Shown here piece by piece: positions 1 through 8,981 of a DNA stretch of 64,000 nt. The translations under genes and the position numbers were made by a program. The stretch's first letter is position 1; each line of letters opens with the position of its first letter. The notes beneath the pieces are model-generated. The model was given only the letters and a program-made list of their open reading frames with translations. It made no database searches and was not told where the DNA came from. This stretch comes from Candidatus Thorarchaeota archaeon (GTDB taxonomy: Archaea > Asgardarchaeota > Thorarchaeia > Thorarchaeales > Thorarchaeaceae): the NCBI GenBank assembly GCA_029855935.1, contig JAGSHN010000018.1, forward strand, positions 1-64,000, written 5' to 3'.

Positions 1-1143
1 CACGAGAAGGGGATTGAGTACGGGCATATCATAGCTGACTACAAGAGATGGCCTCTCCTCGTCGACTCAGCAGGCCGGACACTGAGCCTCCCACCGATAA
101 TAAACAGCAACGATCTGGGGCGTGTGACAGAGGACACGCACGACATATTTGTGGAAGTGACAGGGACGCACCTCCTGACAGTGGAGCAGACACTGAACAT
201 CATGGTCACATCGCTCGCGGAACGCGGGGGGCGTATCGGGTCAGTGACAATCACGTACCCGAACGGCACCGTGCAGGAGACTCCCAACCTGCGCCCCCAG
301 ACAATGGATCTGCCTCTCGATGACATCCGTTCCCTGACAGGGCTGGACCTCACAGGCGAGAAGATTGTCGAGGCCCTTCAGAAGATATGCTACGGAGCCC
401 GTCTGATTGGCAAGAAGAGGGTGAGGGTCTCTATCCCGGCGTTCAGGGTGGACATCCTGCACCCCGTCGATGTGATAGAGGATGTAGCCATCGGCTACGG
501 CTTTGACCGCATCGAGGCCACGATGCCCTCAACAATGACCGCCGGAAGACTCAGACCTATCACACGGCTGAAGAACAAGTGCAGGGACCTGATGGTGGGT
601 GCAGGATATCAGGAGATCCTCAGTTACGTGATGACATCACCAGAGGTGCTGAACACCAAGATGCTGCGTGACAGGCCTATTGTCAGGGTGGGCAATCCAA
701 AGAGTGCGGAGTTCTCGGCCCTGAGGAACTCCCTTCTGCCAATCCTGATTGACTTTGCTGCAGCAAATCAACATGCCGACTACCCGCAGAAGGTGTTTGA
801 GGTGGGTGATGTTGTCATCCCAGACGAGACCAAGGAGACACGCGTGCACCACGAGTCTGTCGTGTGCGGCCTGGTTGCCGACACAAGGATCAATCTGACG
901 GACCTGATGAAGGACATCGGCTTTCTACTCAGAGGGATGGATCTCGATGGCAGATTTCGGTTCAAGACGCGACAGGATCCGAGCTTCATCGCAGGACGAT
1001 GTGGAACCATAGTTGTAGACGGTGCCGAGGTCGGCTACTTTGGAGAGGTCTCACCAGAGGTACTCACCAACTTTGAGATGGGCAGACCCGTCATGGCCTT
1101 TGAGTTGGTGCTGCCGGAGGAGGGGACCTGGGACAAGACCTAG
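1..1143 (+). CDS. pheT: Phenylalanine--tRNA ligase beta subunit (5'-truncated by window edge)
   Basis: The frame is open from base 1 (HEKGIEYGHII...SLPPIINS). It contains the RVDILHPVDVIEDVAIGYG B5 motif, LRNSLLP, FEVGDV and the C-terminal G.FGEVSPEVL..F typical of archaeal/eukaryotic PheT. Confidence 0.95.
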   Translation, partial: HEKGIEYGHIIADYKRWPLLVDSAGRTLSLPPIINSNDLGRVTEDTHDIFVEVTGTHLLTVEQTLNIMVTSLAERGGRIGSVTITYPNGTVQETPNLRPQTMDLPLDDIRSLTGLDLTGEKIVEALQKICYGARLIGKKRVRVSIPAFRVDILHPVDVIEDVAIGYGFDRIEATMPSTMTAGRLRPITRLKNKCRDLMVGAGYQEILSYVMTSPEVLNTKMLRDRPIVRVGNPKSAEFSALRNSLLPILIDFAAANQHADYPQKVFEVGDVVIPDETKETRVHHESVVCGLVADTRINLTDLMKDIGFLLRGMDLDGRFRFKTRQDPSFIAGRCGTIVVDGAEVGYFGEVSPEVLTNFEMGRPVMAFELVLPEEGTWDKT

Positions 1144-1228
1144 GGACGGCTTGAATGACTGCAAAGAAAACATATAAGCCACTGACCAGAGTGAACTTCG
1201 GCGGTTCCCGCATGGAGGCACCGAATCT

Positions 1229-1822
1229 ATGAGTGCGAGGCCTTCGCCCTCCGATGATGACGAGGACGACACTGGGAGTTTCAAGTTCCGAGTGGTCCTC
1301 TTGGGGGAGGAGGGAGTAGGAAAGACCTCCCTTCTCAGGAGGTTCACAGAGAACTCTTTCGACCCCGAGTACAAGCAGACCATAGGTACGACCTTTGCGT
1401 CGAAGTCGGTCTCCGTGAGATGCAAGGATGGATACACGCGTACCGTGAACCTTGTAATATGGGATATGGGAGGGCAGGACACATACAAGGAGCTGAGGCG
1501 TCGCTTTATGAGGGGTGCGGCTGGCGCTGTCATCGTCTACGATGTGACACGCCCAGAGACATTCATGGCGATGAACAACTGGTTTGAGGCCTTTAGGAGC
1601 ACATGTCCTGGGGCCGATGTAATCATCTGTGCCAACAAGATAGACCTTGAGGACCAGCGAATGGTGCCGATAGAGCCGGGACTGATGCTCAGAGACTGGT
1701 TCCAAGCAGAGTACTACGAGACCTCTGCGAAGACGGGTCATCTGGTCGCTGATGTCTTTGCAAGACTGGCAGAGATAATGTTGGAGAAGAAGCTGAGTAA
1801 GTATGCAGAGCCAAGAATGTAG
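1229..1822 (+). CDS. Rab-like small GTPase (Ras superfamily)
   Basis: G1 GEEGVGKTS, G2 TIG, G3 WDMGGQ, G4 NKID and G5 TSAK are all present. There is a GGAGG SD upstream and no C-terminal prenylation cysteines. Confidence 0.93.
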   Translation: MSARPSPSDDDEDDTGSFKFRVVLLGEEGVGKTSLLRRFTENSFDPEYKQTIGTTFASKSVSVRCKDGYTRTVNLVIWDMGGQDTYKELRRRFMRGAAGAVIVYDVTRPETFMAMNNWFEAFRSTCPGADVIICANKIDLEDQRMVPIEPGLMLRDWFQAEYYETSAKTGHLVADVFARLAEIMLEKKLSKYAEPRM

Positions 1823-1852
1823 ATACCGAGTCTGTCACGTGGTGGAGCCCCA

Positions 1853-2257
1853 ATGGTGACTGTCAGGGAATTCATGACCAACATCCTTGTGACTGCCGAT
1901 GCGGACACGCCCGTGGTGGAGGCCGCCCGACTGATGGCCGCAGAAGACATCGGCAGTCTCATAGTCACCAGCGGTGACGAGATGGTGGGGATTGTCACTC
2001 AACGTGATATCATCGAGGCACAGCTCCTCTCTCCCGAGACCTACAAGGACCTGACAGTCAGGGACATAATGGCAACTCAGGTCGTGAGCATAAGCCCTGA
2101 TGCGGATCTGTGGCACGCAATCTCGCTGATGGACCAGACTGGAAAGAAACACATTCCCGTGGTGGACAACCACGAGACCATCGGCGTCATATCTGCTACT
2201 GACATAATCAGGGTGCTGGCCACTATGAAGCTCATCGCCGACGGTGGCAAGGACTAG
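1853..2257 (+). CDS. CBS domain pair protein
   Basis: Two CBS repeats (VREFM...IGSLIV...VGIVTQRDI; VRDIM...HIPVVD...IGVISATDI). Confidence 0.92.
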   Translation: MVTVREFMTNILVTADADTPVVEAARLMAAEDIGSLIVTSGDEMVGIVTQRDIIEAQLLSPETYKDLTVRDIMATQVVSISPDADLWHAISLMDQTGKKHIPVVDNHETIGVISATDIIRVLATMKLIADGGKD

Positions 2258-2266
2258 TACAGACAG

Positions 2267-3115
2267 TCACGCTGGTTTGTACTTGGGAATCTCTGCGCGA
2301 ATCTCCTTCTTCAGCTTTAGGATGTCCCGTGCCTGAAGCTGGTGCCGCTTCTGATAGGAGGAGACGACACTGGCCCAACGGTCTATCTTGACCATTATCG
2401 GATCGCTCGGAGTCACCTTCATGATCTCGGCCTTGGCATCGTTCATCGTTGCAAGAACATCGCCAGCTATGCACCCCATTTTCATCGAGGCGATAATCCG
2501 CTCAAGCTGCTCTACGATCTTAAGCCCTTGCTCAAGCGAAACACGTGACGGCGCTGTGGCAGGAGCGGCCGCAGGGGGCGGTGCCTCCTGTGCCGCAGGA
2601 GCTGCCGCAGCTGGGGCTGCTACGGACGGCTGAGCAGGTGCCGTAGCGGCCTGTGCAGCAGCTACGGGTGCCGCTGCTGCGGGTGCTGGTGCCGGAACCT
2701 CGATGCTCTTCACCGTCTCCAAGAGCTCCTGCTTGAAGGCCTCGAGCTGCTCACCAAGGAACTTCCCGAGGAACCCAATCTCGGTCTTTATCATCTCAGC
2801 CAGTCGCTCAGTGTCTGCAGAGGCAGTGCCCTCGCCAGCGGGGGCTTTCGCACTCGTCATCGCAGGTGCTGAGAGTATCTCGTCCTTCGCTGCGCGCACC
2901 TCAGTCACAACGAGCTGAGCCAGCTCTGCAGAGAGGCTCTCCTCAGGACTGGACATGGTCTTCAGCTGCTCCAATATCTCCTCTTTTGCAATGCGCACTT
3001 CTGATTTGATCTCAGTGATGGCGCCGAGGATTGTTATCATGCGCTTGAGTGTCTCACCGAGCGCCTGGACCTTGGTCTCAATCTCGTTCAGTTTGTTGAG
3101 AAACTGCTCAGCCAT
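2267..3115 (-). CDS. Hypothetical coiled-coil protein with Ala/Pro-rich linker and C-terminal helical bundle
   Basis: 282-aa ORF with N-terminal heptad pattern, an APAPAAAAP linker and a ~90-aa helical C-terminal domain. A GGTG SD-like sequence lies upstream. Confidence 0.8.
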   Translation of the reverse strand: MAEQFLNKLNEIETKVQALGETLKRMITILGAITEIKSEVRIAKEEILEQLKTMSSPEESLSAELAQLVVTEVRAAKDEILSAPAMTSAKAPAGEGTASADTERLAEMIKTEIGFLGKFLGEQLEAFKQELLETVKSIEVPAPAPAAAAPVAAAQAATAPAQPSVAAPAAAAPAAQEAPPPAAAPATAPSRVSLEQGLKIVEQLERIIASMKMGCIAGDVLATMNDAKAEIMKVTPSDPIMVKIDRWASVVSSYQKRHQLQARDILKLKKEIRAEIPKYKPA

Positions 3116-3257
3116 GGTAGTCGCACCGTCCGTGTGTTGTCGAAAGGATACAAACTCACAAAAAAAGGATTTGCCACGCCGAGACTGGCCACAAAGATTC
3201 GATTGAGACTGTCAGAAGAACCATTAAATGCGGTCCCACATCCTGAGGTAGTGTTCA

Positions 3258-3866
3258 GTGGACGGTGGAACGAGTTTGGCCTCCGATAGCATCACGCACA
3301 TGTTCAAGCTCGTCGCCCTCGGTGACGGTGCGGTCGGGAAGACCAGCTGTATCAGAAGATACACCGAGGGCAGCTTCAGCGAGCAGTACATAATGACTAT
3401 CGGGACCACCTTTGCACTCAAGACACTGACAGTCGACGTGCCCGGTCGCGGCAAGGTCAATTGCCGAATTGTTCTCTGGGACCTCGCAGGACAGCCGACG
3501 TACAACGAACTTCGTAGGCGGTATATGGCCGGGTCCTCTATGGCAATCATTGTCTACGACGTGACGAGACCACAGACATTTCTGAATGTAGGAGAGTGGT
3601 ACACCCGATTCACCACAGTGTGCCCCAATGCAGTCGTTGCCGTCGTCGCGAACAAGATTGACAGGCCAGACAGGCTGGTACCGCCAGAGGCGGGCGAGAT
3701 GATCGAGAAGTGGCTGGGCGTGCTGCATTTTGAGACCTCAGCCAAGACGGGCGACAACATTGACATAATGTTTGACGAGCTCGTAAAGAGAACGCTGCTC
3801 AAGCAGGAGGAGCTCGGAATATCGACGGGCGTTCAGCTGACCGGCCGGCCCACAAAGCTAATCTGA
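3258..3866 (+). CDS. Rab-like small GTPase (Ras superfamily); start may be TTG 3276
   Basis: G1 GDGAVGKTS, G2 TIG, G3 WDLAGQ, G4 NKID and G5 TSAKTG are all present. Confidence 0.93.
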   Translation: MDGGTSLASDSITHMFKLVALGDGAVGKTSCIRRYTEGSFSEQYIMTIGTTFALKTLTVDVPGRGKVNCRIVLWDLAGQPTYNELRRRYMAGSSMAIIVYDVTRPQTFLNVGEWYTRFTTVCPNAVVAVVANKIDRPDRLVPPEAGEMIEKWLGVLHFETSAKTGDNIDIMFDELVKRTLLKQEELGISTGVQLTGRPTKLI

Positions 3867-3891
3867 GGTTCTAGTACGCCGTGACAACACA

Positions 3892-4428
3892 ATGACAAGC
3901 CGAAGAAAAATCGTCAGGGGTGCATTGGGTCACATTGCTCTATTCTTCATCAACTTCTGCGTTCTTGTAGGCGTTGTGGAGTCGTTTCAGCTTTTCAACG
4001 TTGGACTGCCCCTCCTCAACGTCATCATCCTCGGCTACATACTGATCCACACAGCTATCATGCTGTCCATACAGCTGGGCGTCCAGATTCTGGAGCTCAT
4101 CCGTATCCGAATGCCAACCCTGCTCGTGAGCTACTATTTTCAGTTCGACGACAACGAAACGATTCCAATCCCGCTACTCGACCCTACGAAGAGCCGTCTT
4201 GCGTTGATAGTGCTCTTACTGGTCCTGAGTGGAGGTCCTGTGTTCTATCCAATCTTCGCCATCTACGGATTCCTGCTCGTATATGCTCATCTTGTGAAGA
4301 TAGTGCTCGACCCCTCCACAATCCTATACTACTTCGAACTGTTCCTGAACTGGATGCCTCCGGTCTTTCTTGCCATCGTCTGCATCGTGGTAGTGTCGAT
4401 AATTGTCATAGAGCGGAGGCATCTGTGA
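3892..4428 (+). CDS. Hypothetical integral membrane protein
   Basis: 178 aa with about 4-5 hydrophobic segments. It lies 25 bp downstream of the GTPase on the same strand. Confidence 0.75.
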   Translation: MTSRRKIVRGALGHIALFFINFCVLVGVVESFQLFNVGLPLLNVIILGYILIHTAIMLSIQLGVQILELIRIRMPTLLVSYYFQFDDNETIPIPLLDPTKSRLALIVLLLVLSGGPVFYPIFAIYGFLLVYAHLVKIVLDPSTILYYFELFLNWMPPVFLAIVCIVVVSIIVIERRHL

Positions 4429-5722
4429 GGGAGGACAGTACACCTTCCACGACGACTGTGTCGCGTCGTGCCGGACCTGTCGACACAAGCGCAATCCTCG
4501 ACCTCGTGTGATGGGCCATCAGAGCGAGATACTCGCGCAGGCCCCCGGGGAGGTCGTCGTACGCCTTTGAAGAGGAGCGCCAGTCTTCGATCTCCTCAGG
4601 AGTCCAGCCTTCAACGTCCTCAAGTACTGGCTCGACGCGGGCCAGCACTCTGCTGTCGGCTGGAAACCTCGTCGTCTCCTCGCCGTTGATTCGATATGCG
4701 ACACAGACCCTCAGTGGCCGAATCCCGGCGAGAACGTCGACTTTCGTGACCGCAAGAGCTGTCACACCGTTGACACGACTTGCATAGCGGAGAGCGACCA
4801 GATCAAGCCATCCGCATCTTCTCGCTCGACCCGTCACTGTACCTCTCTCACCACCACGTTCCCGCAGCTCCTCACCCATCTCGTCACTGAGTTCGGTGGG
4901 GAATGGACCAGCCCCGACGCGGGTGGTGTATGCCTTGCACACACCGAGAACATCGTGTAGAAAGGAGGGCGGCACACCAGTCCCAACTGACGCAGCAGCT
5001 GCGACGCAGTTTGAACTCGTGACAAAGGGGTACGTACCGTGATCGATGTCGAGAAGTGTGCCCTGAGCGCCCTCGAAGAGCACCTTCTTGCCACTGTCCG
5101 TTGCATTGACAAGAAACTCGCCTGTGTCGGCCACACTGTCGCGTAGTGTCATGGCCATCTGTCTCAGCCGCAGCCAAGTGCGATGCGGATGGCACTCCAC
5201 AGAGGAGCCAAACAGGCGCTCCACGCGCCCGCGCTGGTACTCGAAGAAGGCATTCCATCGGTCCTCATCACCGTTCAGTAGGTCGATCATTCGAACGCCA
5301 GAACGGAGTATCTTGTCACCGTACGTGGGGCCGATGCCACGACGAGTGGTACCGACTCTGTTCTTGCCGCGGGCCTCATCAATCAGACCATCAACCTGAA
5401 TCTGCAGCGGGGTGATGATATGTGCCCTCTCGCTCAGAACGAGGTCAACAGGTATCCCAGAACGGGCCAGCTGCTCAATCTCGTGGATGAGGACATCGAG
5501 GTCCACAACAACACCGTTTCCAATCACCGCTGTCTTACCCTGCACAACACCGCTGGGCATGATGCGGAACTTGTACGTCGTGTCGCCCACTACAACGGTG
5601 TGGCCAGCATTGCTCCCACCTTGGAACCGGGCGACGATGTCGAACCCGCCTGCGAGACAGTCGACTACTTTTCCCTTTCCCTCGTCGCCCCACTGGAGGC
5701 CCACTGTCACCAGGTTTGTCAC
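4406..5722 (-). CDS. purA: Adenylosuccinate synthetase
   Basis: GLQWGDEGKGK, RFQGGSNAGHT, GTTRRGIGPTY.DK, FEGAQG..LDIDHGTYPFVTSS, KAYTTRVGAGPFPTE and RRCGWLD are present. The start is trimmed to GTG at 5722 because the ORF-track extension overlaps the divergent gene. Confidence 0.95.
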   Translation of the reverse strand: MTNLVTVGLQWGDEGKGKVVDCLAGGFDIVARFQGGSNAGHTVVVGDTTYKFRIMPSGVVQGKTAVIGNGVVVDLDVLIHEIEQLARSGIPVDLVLSERAHIITPLQIQVDGLIDEARGKNRVGTTRRGIGPTYGDKILRSGVRMIDLLNGDEDRWNAFFEYQRGRVERLFGSSVECHPHRTWLRLRQMAMTLRDSVADTGEFLVNATDSGKKVLFEGAQGTLLDIDHGTYPFVTSSNCVAAAASVGTGVPPSFLHDVLGVCKAYTTRVGAGPFPTELSDEMGEELRERGGERGTVTGRARRCGWLDLVALRYASRVNGVTALAVTKVDVLAGIRPLRVCVAYRINGEETTRFPADSRVLARVEPVLEDVEGWTPEEIEDWRSSSKAYDDLPGGLREYLALMAHHTRSRIALVSTGPARRDTVVVEGVLSSLTDASAL

Positions 5723-5837
5723 CGCTGACGCCCGTGACGACCGATGGGACAGCCCAGATAACGCTTTTGGCAGGAGAGAATGCGCATTCTCACCTACGAG
5801 TTTATATCTTGGACTTGCTTCGGCTCCTCGAACGACG

Positions 5838-7196
5838 TTGAGAAGGGTAGATGTCGTAGTTGTCGGAGCCGGGACCGCCGGTTGCGTCACCGCAAGACGA
5901 TGCGCAGAGATGGGCCTGAAGACCCTCATCCTAGAGAAGAAGAAGAGGGAGGATATTGGGAAAAAGGTCTGCGGTGACGAGATAAGCAAGTCACACTTCG
6001 ACGCAACTGGAATTGACTATCCGTCTGGGGACGAGGTTTCCAGTGTGGTTTCCGGCGCAGATGTCTACCCTCCAAACCTGCAGAACGAACTCATTGTGCG
6101 TGGGTGGTCCGACTTCGATGGATGGACCGTCAACCGGTGGCGTTTCGGACAGAGATTGCTGGAAGAGGCACTCAGGGCTGGCGCGACTCTCGTGGACCAA
6201 GCAAGAGCCGGAAACCCTGAGGTCCGCGCCGATAGAGTCGTTGGCGTACGATACAGGGATGTGCAATCGGGGCAGGAAGATGTCATCAGGGCCAAGCTCG
6301 TGGTGGATGCGAGCGGCTTTGCTGCAGTCATGAGAAACAACATTGACAGCCCGCTAGTCGAGAAGAGAGTTGCCAAGGAGGACGTTGCGCTCTGTTATCG
6401 AGAGATTGTCAAGCTCCGGGTCCCCATGGCCGAACCAGAGGTAGCACGAGTCTTCCTTGGTGGAAGGTTCGCCCCTAGGGGGTATGCGTGGATCTTCCCG
6501 AAGGGGCCACAGACCGTGAACACGGGTGTCGGAATTGGAGGCGGGAGCGGAGCGAGACCGCCACGTGCCCTGTATGAGCTCTTCAAGGAAGAGTACCCGC
6601 TTCTCTATGACTGCCAAGTAATTGAGGGGGGCGGTGGAGCTGTCCCGGTGAGAAGGCCCCTGAAGAGCCTTGTTGGAAATGGTGTCGCCTTTGTGGGAGA
6701 CGCCGCTCTGCAAGTCAACCCGATCCACGGTGGAGGGCTCGGGCCGGGGATGCGTGCAGGAATCATCCTAGGAGAGGTGGCCAAGGAGGCAATCGCCAGA
6801 CGCGACACCACTGCAAGAGGTCTATGGGACTACAACATACGGTACCTGACTGGCTATGGGAGAAGACTCGCCTCGCTTGAGGTGTTCCGTCGTCTGCTAC
6901 AGCAAGTGTCGGACGATGACATCAACTTCGGTTTTGAGAAGAGGCTACTTGAGGCGGGCGATCTGATGGCAGCAAACCGTGGCGAGGGTATCCCCATGGG
7001 GCTGCTGGAGAAAGTGAGACGGCTCAAGAGGGGAATCGGCAGACTCTCGCTTCTGAGAGACCTACAGCGTGCAGCTCGCCTGATGAAAAAGATGGACAGG
7101 CTGTACCGTCGCTATCCCCACGAGCCTGACCGGCTTGAGGCTTGGAACCAGTCCGTGCTTCAGGTCATCGAGGCGGCGGTGTTCGGCCGACGATAG
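5838..7196 (+). CDS. Geranylgeranyl reductase family flavoprotein (digeranylgeranylglycerophospholipid reductase-like)
   Basis: GAGTAG Rossmann motif, K.CG, APRGYAWIFPKG (PxxYxWxFP GGR motif) and VGDAALQVNPIHGGG. The start is trimmed to TTG 5838. Confidence 0.9.
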   Translation: MRRVDVVVVGAGTAGCVTARRCAEMGLKTLILEKKKREDIGKKVCGDEISKSHFDATGIDYPSGDEVSSVVSGADVYPPNLQNELIVRGWSDFDGWTVNRWRFGQRLLEEALRAGATLVDQARAGNPEVRADRVVGVRYRDVQSGQEDVIRAKLVVDASGFAAVMRNNIDSPLVEKRVAKEDVALCYREIVKLRVPMAEPEVARVFLGGRFAPRGYAWIFPKGPQTVNTGVGIGGGSGARPPRALYELFKEEYPLLYDCQVIEGGGGAVPVRRPLKSLVGNGVAFVGDAALQVNPIHGGGLGPGMRAGIILGEVAKEAIARRDTTARGLWDYNIRYLTGYGRRLASLEVFRRLLQQVSDDDINFGFEKRLLEAGDLMAANRGEGIPMGLLEKVRRLKRGIGRLSLLRDLQRAARLMKKMDRLYRRYPHEPDRLEAWNQSVLQVIEAAVFGRR

Positions 7197-7333
7197 AGGG
7201 GATAACCTAGGACCAGCCCTTGCGAGGCGGGAAACGAGGGACCAGCGATATCGTGTCTTCAGGTGCGTGCAACAAGACAAAAAGAGAGAGGGTGGGGCAA
7301 GTGTGGTCCGCCACAGACCACACTCAACGGAGA

Positions 7334-8359
7334 TCACACGTCACGAATTCCGTCCTTCGTGACGATGAATACTGCCTCGCCCTCAGGCAGATTGGGCGAG
7401 TCGACAAGTCGGCAGATTCTGCGTTCGCCTTTCGACTTGCGGAGATAGCACCGTGTCTGCGGTACGTGCGCGAGAACGTGACCACCAACCGGCGCTGTCG
7501 GGTCCCCAAAGAAGGCATCCGGACGCGCCATCACTTGATTTGTGATGAACACGGCCATGTTGTTGACTTCTGCGCCACGCCCCAGATGATGGAGATGCTT
7601 GTTCAGCTTCTGCTGACGCGCAGCCAGAGTCCCCCTGCCAGTATACTCTGCGCGGAAGTGACTCGTCACGGAGTCGACTACTAGGAGCCTTGCGTTCTTC
7701 TCGGGGGCCATCTCCATCGCCTGGTCACAGAGAAGAATCTGATGGTCGGAGTTGTAGGCGCGTGCCCATATCACATTCTTCAGAACCTTTGCGGGATCAA
7801 GGCCAAGTGCCTGTGCCATATCGACAAGACGCTCCGGTCTGAACGTCCCCTCAGTGTCGATGTAGATTGCCGTCGCGTCCAGACCACCCCTCTCAGGAGG
7901 CAACTGTACGTTGACTGCCAATTGGTGTGCCAACTGGGTCTTCCCCGACCTGAACGAGCCATACACCTCGGTAATGCTCTGTGTCTCTATTCCACCGCCG
8001 AGAATCTCGTCAAGCGCCTTCGAGCCTGTGGTGATCCGCCCTGCGCTCCTCCGCCGCTCAAGCAATAGGTCAGCAGTCTCGAATCCTATGTCCAGCATCT
8101 CACGGGCAGCCTTGATTATCTTCGTGGCCGTGGTCTCGCCAATGGAGCCGGCAGCGGCCAGCTCGGACGGTGAGGCCACAGCGATTGCCTCCACACTCTT
8201 GAAGCCGGCCTCGCTCAGCCTCTTCGCGATTGCGGGACCGACACCAGGCAGGTCCGTCACATCAAGGCCCGTGACGCTCTCGGCCTCCGCATCAACAATC
8301 CCATCTGCCGCTTCGAACTCTTCATAGTCCGATTCATCAAACTCTTCGTCGGGTGATAT
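7334..8359 (-). CDS. radA: DNA repair and recombination protein RadA (proposed ATA start at 8359; first canonical start GTG 8260)
   Basis: N-terminal HhH ([13 protein letters not shown]), Walker [23 protein letters not shown], Walker B LLVVDS and [13 protein letters not shown]. Confidence 0.96.
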   Translation of the reverse strand: MSPDEEFDESDYEEFEAADGIVDAEAESVTGLDVTDLPGVGPAIAKRLSEAGFKSVEAIAVASPSELAAAGSIGETTATKIIKAAREMLDIGFETADLLLERRRSAGRITTGSKALDEILGGGIETQSITEVYGSFRSGKTQLAHQLAVNVQLPPERGGLDATAIYIDTEGTFRPERLVDMAQALGLDPAKVLKNVIWARAYNSDHQILLCDQAMEMAPEKNARLLVVDSVTSHFRAEYTGRGTLAARQQKLNKHLHHLGRGAEVNNMAVFITNQVMARPDAFFGDPTAPVGGHVLAHVPQTRCYLRKSKGERRICRLVDSPNLPEGEAVFIVTKDGIRDV

Positions 8360-8434
8360 CGTAAAGACCTCCCTACTTGGCCTGTGCTCTCTTCACTGAG
8401 ATCTACGTTGGCCGAGCTCCATACTCTCTGGAGG

Positions 8435-8443
8435 TTATAAAAA
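8435..8443 (-). promoter_or_regulatory. Putative TATA box of radA (TTTTTATAA on minus strand)
   Basis: AT-rich box in a GC-rich background, about 75 nt upstream of the proposed start and upstream of the GGGAGGT SD at 8367-8373. Confidence 0.55.
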
Positions 8444-8562
8444 GAGCACGAACTGGAACGCCGAGTGACATTAGGTCGACCGCAACGTACGCCATCGTGG
8501 TTGATCGGGCAAGCAATCGGCGGATCAGCGACAGCCGAAACAAGACGGCAGCAGTTCGATTC

Positions 8563-8874
8563 TCAGTCTGTGTGCGTCATCGTGACAAGGATGAACTCCT
8601 CTTGGGGAGCTATCTTGATGCCGCCCTGCGTCGTCTGGATCTGAATGAACCGCATCTCGGCGCCCTCATTGACCTGAGAGATCACCTCTTTCGTCTTTCC
8701 AATCAGAGCACTAAGCAGCGCCGAGATCTCCTCAGCCCGCTCCATCGTGACTCCCCAGCTATTGATTGGAAATCCCTCCGGGCTGATGAAGAGCGCAGCA
8801 TAGACATCAGGAAACTTGCTGGTTATGTTTTGAATGATTCGCTCGAAGATCTCGCGTTTCGGCATCGCTGGCAT
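8563..8874 (-). CDS. Roadblock/LC7 (MglB-like) domain protein
   Basis: About 100 aa with the alpha-beta-beta-alpha-beta-beta-beta pattern: VYAALFISPEGFPI, EEISALLSAL, IQIQTTQGGIKI, FILVTM. Confidence 0.85.
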   Translation of the reverse strand: MPAMPKREIFERIIQNITSKFPDVYAALFISPEGFPINSWGVTMERAEEISALLSALIGKTKEVISQVNEGAEMRFIQIQTTQGGIKIAPQEEFILVTMTHTD

Positions 8875-8981
8875 GTTGAGTTCACATCCGCGGGCTTAGC
8901 GTCCACGGAGGGAGTGTTGAGTACGCGAAGAAAAGCTTTGTGCTTACATATTTTGCCAAAACCTATAGGTAGGATGAGATA

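Noticed and set aside
5412-5989. Long mutually overlapping N-terminal extensions of purA and the geranylgeranyl reductase in the ORF track
   Set aside because: Homology starts at 5722 (-) and 5838 (+). The gap between them holds a TTTATAT promoter-like box, so the extensions are ORF-caller artefacts.
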